Part shown: one piece after another, positions 47,981 to 59,145 of the stretch
Numbering within the stretch: position 1 is the stretch's first letter
Layout: each line of letters begins with the position of its first letter
Source: Vermamoeba vermiformis
Lineage: Eukaryota
Direction: 5' to 3'
Length of the DNA stretch: 64,000 bases
Assembly: GCA_045837725.1 (NCBI GenBank)
Contig: JBEWZL010000201.1
Coordinates: forward strand, 1 to 64,000
Program-made: the position numbers and the translations under genes
Notes under the pieces: generated by a model
What the model saw: the letters and a program-made list of their open reading frames with translations, nothing else
Told to the model about the DNA's origin: nothing
Database searches by the model: none

Positions 47981-50758
47981 ATGGAGTTTGATGACGCCAA
48001 GTTCGCGATCGAGTTCAATCCCAAGAATAAAGCCCAAAGGTAACGTGTCAAAAATACGACCACATATCTCATTTATGTACGAGGTATTATATTGGCCTCT
48101 TTGATTTTTTGTAATTAATTTTGAATTATTTTTTAAAATTATTGTCAGCTCGTTGGCGCGCAATGTTATGGCAGCCTCTTCATTGGCCTATATTATTAGA
48201 TCGTCTCTGGGACCCAATGGACTCGCTAAAATGATTATAGACGAACACGGAAGGTACGTACCCCACCACATCATTGTCCTTCTTAAGCTAACTTCAATAA
48301 CTCAAATTAATTAACAACGGAACCTTTCATTAGCGTTGTAATCACTGCGGATGGTGCTTCAATTTTGCGGTCATTAAAAGTGGCAGATCCATTCGCACAG
48401 CTCCTCGTACAAGTACGTATCTTCCACACTAAGAAGCATATACCTAATGAGCTCTCATAGGCCTCACTCGCTCAAGAGGTCTCGTACGGCGATGGCACGT
48501 CCTCAGTGCCCGTCATTGCTGCTCAGTTGTTGTACGTAGCGATGATACCCGTCACAATATAGTACTTCTAACTGACCGTTTTTCTACAGAGAAGAAGCCT
48601 TGTACTTGAGCAAGAAAGGAATAGACCCGATGAAGATCGTGCTGGGCTACAACAAGGCACTGAGTCACGTGACTGACTTGTTGAACGAATTTGTGGTGCA
48701 CGAATTGAGTGACTTCAACGACCCCACTCAAGTACGTTGTTAGAGATAGAGCGCATTAATTTCCTCTTGTATTGACACCCACTGCAGGTCAAAGAAGCTA
48801 TTTACATCGCGTTGAGCTCCAAGCAGACGCAACAGATTGACTTCTTGACGGATCTGCTCACCCAAGCCGTGTGCAAGGTGATGAGCAAGAAGCGTGTAAG
48901 TCATAGCACTGCACTCGCCTTCATATCTAATTTCGATAGAACTCGTCCACCTCCGCGCCGTCCAAGTTCGGGGCAGTGAAGAACGAGTTTCAAGCACGGT
49001 GTCACACTGAATTACAACGAGTGCCGTTCAGTGAAAACAAGTTCAAAGCCAGCGATATTACTGTCATTCTTTCTCCTGGACGAGATCTCACGGCTTCACA
49101 CGTTGTCGATGGTATCATCATCCCGGGTGTATCAATGACACGTGTCAAAGTGAGCACCAGAATTTTCTCTCCCATTTTATTGTTTCTCATTACCTTTTGT
49201 GCTCATTAGGAATGCTCAGAGTGCAACATTGCCTTTGTGATGCACGTGGACGATGGGACACGTTCTGGGACCGGCAGACAAGTCACCTTCAGAACAACAG
49301 ATCAGCTCAGAAACTTCAAGTCCAACGAAGAGAATGCTGTCAAAAAGCATGCGGAAAGACTACATTCCCTCGGTGTTAACGTCGTAAGTTTTATATTTAA
49401 AATCCTGTCTAAATAAGGAAAATTCAAGCAGAACACACATTGTTGTGAAACGTGTGCTAATTACAGGCCTGGTAATTTTAGCGTTAATTAATTTCACTAT
49501 CTAGTTATTCATTGCAAGCAAACTAAGCGATCTTGCAACTTATTATCTCAACTCGTTTGATATCGTGGTTTTGGATCAGATCTCGTTGCCTCAATTTTCT
49601 ATGATTAGTCAAACAGCTGGAGCGACACCGAAGCAAGATATTGTGGACCTAACGATTCAAGGCAAGTATACTATTCCACATTTTACTATTGGTCATGTTT
49701 AATCAACAACACTGAAAAACTTTTCGAGCTTGGATTGGTTGCATTATATTTTTTGCTTGCGGATCGAATAAAATTTGTGAATCTATGCAAGCTTACGAGT
49801 ATACGGAACTTCAGTTTGAGCTAACACTAATATATCCAATCACGTAGACTTGGGAAAAGCTGATCAGCTCGGGGTAACAGCTGTATCTGGTCGGGAATGT
49901 TCCGTTCTGACTGGCTTGCCATACAATGATAAGGTACAGCGTTGTTATTAGGCAAGATTAGAAAATGAAGATACGGATGCGAAATTGCGCAAAGACTACA
50001 CTTTCGAAACTCTGTTCACTAACGGTGCTTGAACTGCAGGTCTCGCTCGTTGTGCACGGCACCACGCCACAAAACTGCGAAGAGATTCATCGCTCCATTG
50101 ACGACGCGCTGCAGACGTTGCGTGCCTTGTCTCACGGCGATATGGTTGGCAACTCAAAGACTCGAGGGCGCGGAAGACTGGTGCTTGGCGGAGGATGTAT
50201 TGAATTCAATCTAGCCATGCGCATGCGACTCATTGCGAATGAAACTGAAGGCATCGAGCAAGTAAGTCAGACCACATCCGCTAGTAGCTGCTGGTAGCCT
50301 CGTTACCTTGCTTGAATCAACGAATTGGACTCCATCTAACGCTTGGAATCGTAGTTTGTATTTCATTCGTACGCAGAATCGCTGTTATCAGTGCCTAAGG
50401 TGCTCTCGGGAAACGCCGGATCTGATTCAGACGTGACAGGTGTGCAGACAAGCAAGAGTTGTCATTCATGTTTAATGCAATCTTAACCTTCTTTCTGAAT
50501 AGTCCATGACCTAATCCAGTTCTGGAACGAAAAGTCTTGTGATTATGGAGTGAATGAGCGCGGACAAGCTGCGAACATGAAACAACTTCGCATTTACGAT
50601 GTACTGACAGCCAAACAAAGTGTATTTCATTTGGCAACGACAGCAGCATGTACGATTCTAAAAGGTATTCTATTTAATGCGATATACCCTACTGTAGACT
50701 AATCCTAGCCTTTAAAGTGTGCGAAACCGTCAAAAAATCAGATCTAAATCAGAAATAA
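47981..50758 (+). CDS. divergent group II chaperonin, CCT8(theta)-like
   Basis: SSLGPNGLAKMII, VITADGASIL, QEVSYGDGTSS, SSKQ...DFL, VLGGGCIEFNLA, IYDVLTAKQSVFHLATTAACTIL; many introns including one GC-AG. Confidence 0.8.
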
Positions 50759-50815
50759 GTACGGCAACTACAAGCAACGCTTCAACGACGCCAGTTGTTG
50801 CGATAGAACGTGCAG
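50271..50815 (+). repeat. direct repeat copy 1 (3' end of the CCT8-like gene)
   Basis: accacatccgcta...cttgcttgaatcaa...gcagaatcgctgttatcagtgcctaaggtgctctcgggaaacgccggatctg...cgaaaccgtcaaaaaatcagatctaaatcagaaataagtacggcaac recurs at 53967-54495. Confidence 0.92.
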
Positions 50816-52289
50816 CACAGAGAGGCTCAGATTAGTGGAGCTCTCTGGAGTGGAGTGCAGGAGAAGGACCAGTGATGCAGGAACAATAATTTAGGCCTGC
50901 TGAGGTGCCTCGCGATTGTTGAAGAAATGGGTCGTAATGATCTTGATGAATTTAATTTACCATCAATATTGGTCCGGCGTTGCTCGCGCGTACCCGGAGC
51001 TGGTGTTGATGCAGCCAATTGCTGGATGTACTCGGTGGTAGGATCTGCGCTCGCTGCCTCAACAAACCTATAACTCTTCTCGGCCCTTTATAGTTTGTAG
51101 TTACGCTCGACAAAAAAAGTTTGTTTGTCATTTGTACTGGCCTGCTCTTTTCTGATTGGTCGGTTGTTTTGTTACAAGCTTTTTTGGGCGTCTCGACCAA
51201 AATTACATTTAATCCTCTTACAAGTGCGCAACAAGACTCAATATATTTCGGACTCTTAGTCCAATATACTCGGAAGTGTCATGTCCAGCAGGCCGGGAGT
51301 TGCTCTTCAAATCTTCCTAAAGTAAGCTTTATCTTGGTATAGTATCTTTCTGGCCTCTAATAGTTCAATTAGAATCCTCATACGCCTGTTTGCCGTTGCT
51401 CCTTCAAAAATAAAGCCAATTCGAAGCTTTACTGGTCGCTCCTGATCGAGGTCAATACTCGCCAAGTACCTTGGTAAGTTTTTAAATAATATTCAGTTGC
51501 CAAAAACATATGTCAAAACTCATTGAAAAGCAGAAAAAGCAAACGCCATAATTTCGTAAATTCAGGAAAGCGAAATTTTTCAGATCCTGAATCTTTTGTC
51601 GCTTTCGTCGTTGAAATATTGGGACATCTATACTATCTGTCATGACATTCTCCGCTTTTAATTGACGGTATTCAAATCATTTTGATCGCTCGAAGACTTC
51701 GCGTTTCAAACTCGATCTTGCGGGTGTTGAACTCAGATTACGTCCTATTCCTCTGCTAACCACGGAGAGGTTTTACGATAAATTTGATCTAGTGTAGTAG
51801 TAGACATTTGAGAGATCGTTGCTTCGGAGTAGTGTACCATGTGGTAGCAACGGTCTTCCCCGATTCAGATGAGTGTTTTAAACCGCGACCAGGCACTCAA
51901 CTCCTTGGCTACATTCTGTGCACATCCACTGCTACTCTGCACATCCACTGCCATTGGCTTTATCCGTTCTGTTACGCACATTGCCGAACCCCAGCCAGTA
52001 GTAAGTAGGCAACAGTCAAATAGCAATGGTATCAAATAATAGTACTCGTTAGTTGCTGACATTCTGATGTAGGTCCTACAAATCAAGTGGCTACAGTCGT
52101 CTCCCCGATCAACATACCGCGAACAAGCCAGACAGCGAAGGCCGTGGGTGGGTCACGCCAAAAAGAAAAAGAATGATTGGTAGTATGTATCGACAACAAG
52201 AAGGTGTTTTCGGAGCAACGATTTCGCGTTTTAGTCACTTACCAAGGCACTACGGTCACAAGCGCAGATTTCGGTGTGTACAACCAAAG

Positions 52290-52820
52290 ATGAACTGCCC
52301 AAACTGCAATCACTTTATCAACATTCAACGTGCCGAAGAAGAGCCTCTCTCTACCGAATACGCCTCTGTCGAGCAGACCCAAGTTGGCTACATGATCTTC
52401 GTCTCCCTTTTTGTTGGCTTCGCAGTATGCGTGTTGTTACGCTTGTTGCTGAACCCCGTTCAGTTGTACACAACGTTACTGGCGTTAGCGTTGTCAAATG
52501 GGTGCGATGCAACAGACCTCCTGCTTACTCTGATGAACTGGAAGTCTCCATCAATCACCGGCTTTCTGGATGCTCGACCTCTCTTCTTTTACTTCACGGA
52601 ACTCCTTCGAGTGATTTGTCCCGCGCTGGCATTCTTCACGTGCTACGTAATCACGGCACCTCGTGTTGCCGAAGTGCTAGCGTCAGAGTATGGCCCAATA
52701 GACTTCGTACTCAAGCCCCTCTCATGGACACTCGCCGTTATGGTAGTTGCCTTGCCCCTGTGGATATGCACAAGAATGGTGTATGCCTTTTGTAAAAGAA
52801 ACAAACGCAAGTATTTGTAA
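52290..52820 (+). CDS. hypothetical intronless membrane protein (CxxC N-terminus, ~4 TM)
   Basis: ORF MNCPNCNHF... with hydrophobic helices, AATAAA just after the stop; an upstream start at 52173 is possible. Confidence 0.5.
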   Translation: MNCPNCNHFINIQRAEEEPLSTEYASVEQTQVGYMIFVSLFVGFAVCVLLRLLLNPVQLYTTLLALALSNGCDATDLLLTLMNWKSPSITGFLDARPLFFYFTELLRVICPALAFFTCYVITAPRVAEVLASEYGPIDFVLKPLSWTLAVMVVALPLWICTRMVYAFCKRNKRKYL

Positions 52821-52898
52821 TTGAATAAAGTCGTATTAAATTCAGTGATTACGAGTTTGAAGGTGATGCAGATTAAGGAAAGCAGGATTTTATTTACA

Positions 52899-53222
52899 TT
52901 ATACGGTTTTCTTTGACTCTCTCCGAGCATTAATAATATTTATAAGATACAAGTTTATACTTGCGCCTTGTGTGATAAACTCCACCGTCGGATCTTGGTT
53001 CTCATCGATTTGTTTTGGTGTTGCTAGCTCAGGCTTTTTTTCAATAATACTCTTCCTCACACAATAATTGAACATTGCTTTTGACTCTCTAATATGAACA
53101 GTATCGCCGTCTCGAAAGCTCTCTTCCTCGAACAATAGACGCCAGCGCCGACTACCAATGAAGGCAGGTAACCCATTGTGATAATATGCTCGTGCAATAA
53201 ACACATATATCTCCTCTGTCAT
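52899..53222 (-). CDS. orphan 107-aa protein, tandem copy A
   Basis: MTEEIYVFIARAYYHNGLPAF...NIINARRESKKTV; same length as copy B; ORF better conserved than its flanks. Confidence 0.65.
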   Translation of the reverse strand: MTEEIYVFIARAYYHNGLPAFIGSRRWRLLFEEESFRDGDTVHIRESKAMFNYCVRKSIIEKKPELATPKQIDENQDPTVEFITQGASINLYLINIINARRESKKTV

Positions 53223-53465
53223 GTGGTGGAATTTTGGCTTCCTAAAGACTAGTCTTGTAGAGACAACAAATAAATAGCGATTAAGTTTAGTTTCATTTGC
53301 AGACGGTTTGAACAAAAACTGAATTGCTACAGCGACGATAGTATTATTCATCATAAATGATGTACCGAATTAAATTAATTGTATTGAATTAACAGCAATG
53401 GTCAGCGATCACCAGTTTAAATTGAGGCGGATACGGAACTAAGCTAATAATTAATTTATTCGGCA

Positions 53466-53789
53466 TTACACGGTTTTCTTTGACTCTCTCCTAGCGTTAA
53501 TAATATTTTTAAGATACAAGTTTATAATTGCGCCTCGTGTGATAAACTGCACCGTCGGATTTCGGTTTTCCTTGATCTGTTTTGGTGTTGCTAGCTCAGG
53601 CTGGTTTTCAATAATACTTTTCCTCACCGAATTATATAACATTGCTTTTGACTCTCTAATATGAACAGTATCGCCGTTACGAAAGCTCTCTTCCTCGAAC
53701 AAGAGACGCCAGTGCGGACTACCAACGAAGGCAGGTAGCCCGTTGTGATAATATGCTCGTGCAATAAACACGTATATTTCCTCTGTCAT
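53466..53789 (-). CDS. orphan 107-aa protein, tandem copy B
   Basis: Paralog of 52899-53222; 17 amino-acid differences by manual alignment, no indels. Confidence 0.65.
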   Translation of the reverse strand: MTEEIYVFIARAYYHNGLPAFVGSPHWRLLFEEESFRNGDTVHIRESKAMLYNSVRKSIIENQPELATPKQIKENRNPTVQFITRGAIINLYLKNIINARRESKKTV

Positions 53790-53966
53790 GGTGTCCAGTT
53801 TAAGTACTTTCTTTAAGTGGGGTAAAATGAAGAGCACGTGATCCAAGTCTTTTTCGCAGCGTTTTTGGGAACTGGGGAAGTACACCACAAGTGCGAGGAG
53901 TAGCCGTTTACAGGTAACTCTTCTTTTTGGAATCAAACCACCGAGATGTTGAGGTATCACTTCGCA

Positions 53967-54495
53967 ACCACATCCGCTATTAATATCTTGCTTGAATCAA
54001 TGAATTGGACTCCGTCTAACGCTTGAAATCGTAGTTGATATTTCATTCATACGCAGAATCGCTGTTATCAGTGCCTAAGGTGCTCTCGGGAAACGCCGGA
54101 TCTGATTCAGATGTGACAGGTGTGCAGACAAGCAAGAATTGCCATTTATGTTCGGATGCAATCTAAATCTTTCTTTGTGGCTTAATGCAATTTTGAAACG
54201 AAAAGTCTTGATTGCGAGTGAATGAGCGCGGACAAGCTGCGCGCATGATCCTACTGCGAATCCACGATGTCCTGACAGCCAAACAAAGCGTATTTCATTT
54301 GGCAACGACAGCAGCGTGTATGATTCTAAAAGTCGTTTTTAATTGATGCGATCTGCATACCTTGTGCCCTTCTGGAGATTATTCCTTGTCTTTGAAGCGT
54401 GCGAAACCGTCAAAAAATCAGATCTAAATCAGAAATAAGTACGGCAACCACCAGCGATGCTTCAACGACGCCAGTTGTAGCGATATAAAGAGCAG
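53967..54495 (+). pseudogene. degenerate duplicate of the CCT8-like 3' exons (direct repeat copy 2)
   Basis: Homologous to 50271-50815, but the acceptor (ctgaatag) and donor (g|gtattc) of copy 1 are altered, small indels are present and there is no 5' part. Confidence 0.8.
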
Positions 54496-54832
54496 TACGA
54501 CGGAAAAGCAAAGATTTTGCTCACGAATCTCCGCAGGAGATTTAATTGTTAGCCAATCATTCGCGTTCAGTCAAGAAATTTCTGTGATTGACACGTTTTG
54601 TGACATGGAGGCGGTTTTTTTTTATCGCTCAACTAAAACACTACCACACTTGTTATAGGGGACTATTAGTAGGTCTCTGCTCATTCTGTAACAAAAACCG
54701 AGTTTCATTTCGGATTTCCTTTCAGGAAAAGATCTTCCATTCCCAATTATCTACGTTATAAATTGGGTGTTATAAAGCTGTAGTGGTGATAATATTTATT
54801 GGTTATATTTGTATATTTAGAAGATTAAAACA

Positions 54833-56872
54833 ATGTGTGACTGTTTCAAAGGAAGATCAGCTGCTAGTTCAGACATTGATAAAGCGCTTCAAAAAGCCAA
54901 GAAAGATGCCCAATATAACATTAGATTACTACTATTAGGTAAGAAAAAACATGTACATTCAAGAAAGTGAATCTTTTGCTCGTGTCAAATTAAATTATTT
55001 TAATTTCTTCAGATGTCGCGATATTGATAATCTTTTATTTGCTTATTATTTGATTTTACGAGCTAATAATGATTCATAAAATTGACCGTGCTTGTTTGCT
55101 CATTAGGCATCGGTGGAAGCGGAAAATCGACGGTAGCCAAGCAATTAAAAATCATTTATAACAACGGATTCAGCAGCCAGGAATTATCTGATTACAAAGC
55201 CGTATTGCAATTAAACACTCTCAAATCAATGAAAACGTTGGTTCAGCAATGTAAAAAGCTTAACCTCAAAATTCCAAAGGATTTGAAGGTAAGCGTTGCG
55301 ATAATCCGTTTTTGACACATCCGATGTGTCACACAATCAAATAGGGCTAGCGAATTAGTTATGACGGAAATTGACAACAATAATATAATATATCTTTTTT
55401 TAAAAAGAAACAAATTGCGTGCACAATTCAATTCATTTACAAAATTGAACAGATTTTGACGGAGAGTTTTACTCCTGCTCTCTCCGCCATGAATAATTAC
55501 ATAAATTGAACCCGTCAGTATTTTTTATACACTTTTAAGCTCACTATTACGTATCAAACTTCAATTCTACGAACCCAAACCGACCCGTCGATCCGTCACA
55601 TTTCCTGACTTTATATTTGCTCTAATATAGGATGCGGTTGATTATTTCGAAGCTATGAACCCGCTGACCACTCAGCTCGATGAATCTATTGTCCCCAATA
55701 TTAAAAAGCTTTGGAATTGCGAATCCATTCAAGAAGCCTACAAAAAGAATTACAACATCACTATTCCCCCTTGCACTCAATAGTACGTATTATTTGTCTT
55801 TTTACATTATCCTATATCGGGCAATTTGACATCACAGAAATTAATATTTAGCAACGGACTTCAAGATCCGATCTGGGCAAAATTTAATTTACTTGTATGA
55901 CAGTTGCTTTGAAAATGTCGATCGAATGGCAAGCCCCGATTATGTCCCCGACTATCAAGATATTTTACAAGCCCGTCAGAGAACTACCGGCATCATTGAA
56001 ACTTACTTCAAGCTCGAAAAATATACTTTCACGTAAGCGGATTCGGCAAGCAAACAACGTTTGCTAGTAATATGTTATCGAATACACGTATTTAACGTGC
56101 TTCTATTTATTTCTATAGCGTTGTTGACGTTGGTGGTCAACGAAGTGAAAGACGAAAGTGGATTCACTGCTTTGACCAAGTAACAGCACTGTTATATTGT
56201 GTTGCCATGGATGAATGTACGTACAGCTATTTACATATATTAGACTATTCATAATGCAAAAATAGAACTCTGTGATTTGTAAATTTAATTTGAATGCGTG
56301 TTTTACGCTCAAATCAACTTGCTCTGTAAACATTACTAATCGTTTAATTAAAATAGACGACTTGATGTCAATCGAAGACGAGACTGTAAATAGAATGCAC
56401 GAATCACTCAAGGTCTTCGAGGTAAGCTAATCGAGTTCTATTTTTAGATTTCTTCGGGTGTACTAATCTAATTTACTCGCAGGAAACAATCAACGAAGCT
56501 TGGTTCAAGAATACTTCAGTTATTGTATTCTTAAACAAGGACGATTTGTTCAGAAACAAGATTAAAGAAGTAGATTTAAACGTTTGCTTCCCCGACTACA
56601 CAGGTAAGTGTTTGGTGCTCGATCTCTCTTTAATTTGCAATTGGATAAAAGTATATGCTTATAATCGTTACCTTATAGGCGGAAAGGATTACGACAAAGC
56701 TAGGGACCATATTAAGAGCGTGTTTGCGTCGAAGAACCAATCCCCTGAGTCCAAAACTTTGTACATCCACGTTACCGTTGCCGTCGATACCGACAATATT
56801 CGATTCGTATTTAATGCCGTCAAGGACATTATCTTCTCAGAGCGCTTGAAGAACTCTGGCCTCATGTTTTAA
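54833..56872 (+). CDS. heterotrimeric G-protein alpha subunit
   Basis: [50 protein letters not shown]-terminal SGLMF; multi-exon. Confidence 0.93.
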
Positions 56873-57396
56873 ATATTATTATTTTATTTATGCGCATTTA
56901 TTGCAATGCCTTCAGCACTGCTCGTAGTCTGATAACAAAAGACAGCCCAAATTTTGTTGTAATTATAACCTCTTAATCTTAAATAAAGACTCTTGTACTT
57001 ACCTGTTTGAGCTCGATCAGATGCCACCACACCAGAGTTTATCTCGCGAATATTTGCTTCGTCATTGGTGACCAAAAGAGGTTGTGTATTGCATACAGCA
57101 GACTAAAGTGCACTACAATGAAATAGTGCACCAACATGAAGGGATCGACTAATTGGCGGTTGAAAGTACACCTCCTGTTTCATATGAAGAACCAAAAGTA
57201 GTAAATATTGTTGTTTACAGTACACCGGTGTACGCGCTAACTCTGGGGTCGCCGCAACAAAAAAAAAAAAGAGTGATTAACATTTGCCTCCCGCCTCCCT
57301 AACTCCGAGGGAGGAAATCGGTTGCCCTTTTTTGTCCAGCGTATTTTTTATCTTTCCTCCCTCTACGCTCCGAGCTAGCACAGTTAATAATATACA

Positions 57397-57700
57397 ATGG
57401 GTAAGACTCGTAGCAGATGCGTACAGCAAGATTACAGGCTATTACGATGAAAATACGGCGATACAATTTTTTTAGTCTTCGATTTGGATCAGTTACTGAT
57501 TCTCGATTCAAATAGTCAAGCACGGTAACATCAACAAGGCCGGTAAGGTCAAGAACTCTACTCCCAAGGTTGAGCCTAAGGATAAGCACAAGCCCCCTGT
57601 TGGCCGTGCCAAGAAGAGACTTTTGTATCAAAAGCGCTGGGTGAACCAACCCGCCACCGGCAAGAAGAAGGGTCCCAATGCTCAAAAGCTCCCTCAATAA
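57397..57700 (+). CDS. RPS30: 40S ribosomal protein eS30 (no ubiquitin-like fusion)
   Basis: ATGG|intron 57401-57515|TCAAG... gives [43 protein letters not shown]...GPNAQ. Confidence 0.93.
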
Positions 57701-58060
57701 GCGCGTAATGTAAGAAAGTAACAAAATAAACTAAATAACAATTTAGTTGCAATATTTTTTTGAAGATTATCATAATTATTATATTTAGCTTCTGAGGATA
57801 ATGTGGCAATCTAGAATAATTTATAAACAACGATTGATGAAGTTGCGTAAATAATATTGTTCATGTCGTAAATTTCTTGTTGTTTTCGCAGATTCGTTCT
57901 TGCATTGTGCAACGCAAAATGCCTCGTGCGACAAACGAAGAAAATTGAGCAAATTTTCATCCAAAGCTCTTGCAAAATCGACACCATCGCCTAATTATAA
58001 AACTATGTCTTTTGTTGAATTTTATTTTACAACCAGATCGCATCTCCACACAAGACAACA

Positions 58061-58949
58061 ATGTTTCTGCGGTACAACTTACCTCATATCTTCACAGCGG
58101 CCAATTTATTGTGCGGCTGCTTGGCTATTGCCCTGACATTCAATCACCACTTCGAGACAGCAACATGGATGATTATTGCTGCTGCCCTGTTCGACTTTTT
58201 TGACGGATTCGTCGCACGTCTGCTAAGTGTCGAAGGACTCTTAGGCAAACAATTAGATTCGCTTGCCGATTTAGGTACGCCCTTTTCGATTAATTAGTGC
58301 TTAAATAACATTGCAAAGCTAATTCTGATTCGCAGTCACGTTCGGTGTTGCTCCTGCCATGTTGATCTTCAACCTCGTCAACTTGCATCCAAACTACTTC
58401 GATTCGTGGTTCTCTGTGTTCGCGTTGATCGCACCATTTGCCATCCCCATTGCCTCAGCCTTCCGTTTGGCCGCCTTCAACTTGACCGACACTTCTGCTG
58501 ACATGTTCATTGGTTTGCCCACTCCCGCCAACGCTTTGTATCTCTCGTCGCTCGCATTGATCTGCAAGTACAACTACTACGGCTTGCGTCCTTGGATCAT
58601 GTCTCCCTCTGTTATCGTTGCTCTTTGCGCCGTTCAATCATGGTTGCTCGTGTCCAATGTTCCTTTGTTGGGTTTCAAGGTCAAGCCCGAGAAGGACTGG
58701 ACTCATTACAGATATCATCTCGCTTTTGGCTTTGCTTCTCTCATTTCTTTGATCCGCTTGGGCTATGCCGCCGCTCCCCTCGTTCTCTTGTTCTACATCG
58801 GTATTTCTGTAATCAAGACTGCCAAGGTTGCTCCTCTCGAGCCCGCTGCTGTGTTCAGTCCCACTACTGGCCGTCGCGTTGAAGTCACTACTACTAAGAA
58901 GAAGACTGTCATCCGTCGTGCCCCTGCTGCTCAACCTCAAGAGGCTTAA
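58061..58949 (+). CDS. pssA: CDP-diacylglycerol--serine O-phosphatidyltransferase (PssA-type CDP-alcohol phosphotransferase)
   Basis: LPHIFTAANLLCG, DFFDGFVARLL...LGKQLDSLAD|VTFGVAPA, RLAAFN, FIGLPTPA; one intron ~58275-58335. Confidence 0.88.
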
Positions 58950-59145
58950 GCGAATCAAATCACTTAACTTACATGTGAATAGCTTTAATTTATAAACAAA
59001 TATAAAATATCATAAAATTATCAATCGGAGGTGTTTCTGTATTAATTTTATGAGGCCGCCTCAGAAAGGTTGCGCTGACAAGTTGTCGCCGAACTAAATT
59101 TATGTTTAAATTGAAAAAGAAGAAACACAAACCCATCGAAAGGGC

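Noticed and set aside
50271-54495. Interpretation of the direct repeats as LTRs of a retrotransposon
   Set aside because: The repeats are chaperonin exon/intron sequence without TG...CA ends, and no gag/pol, PBS or PPT is recognisable inside.
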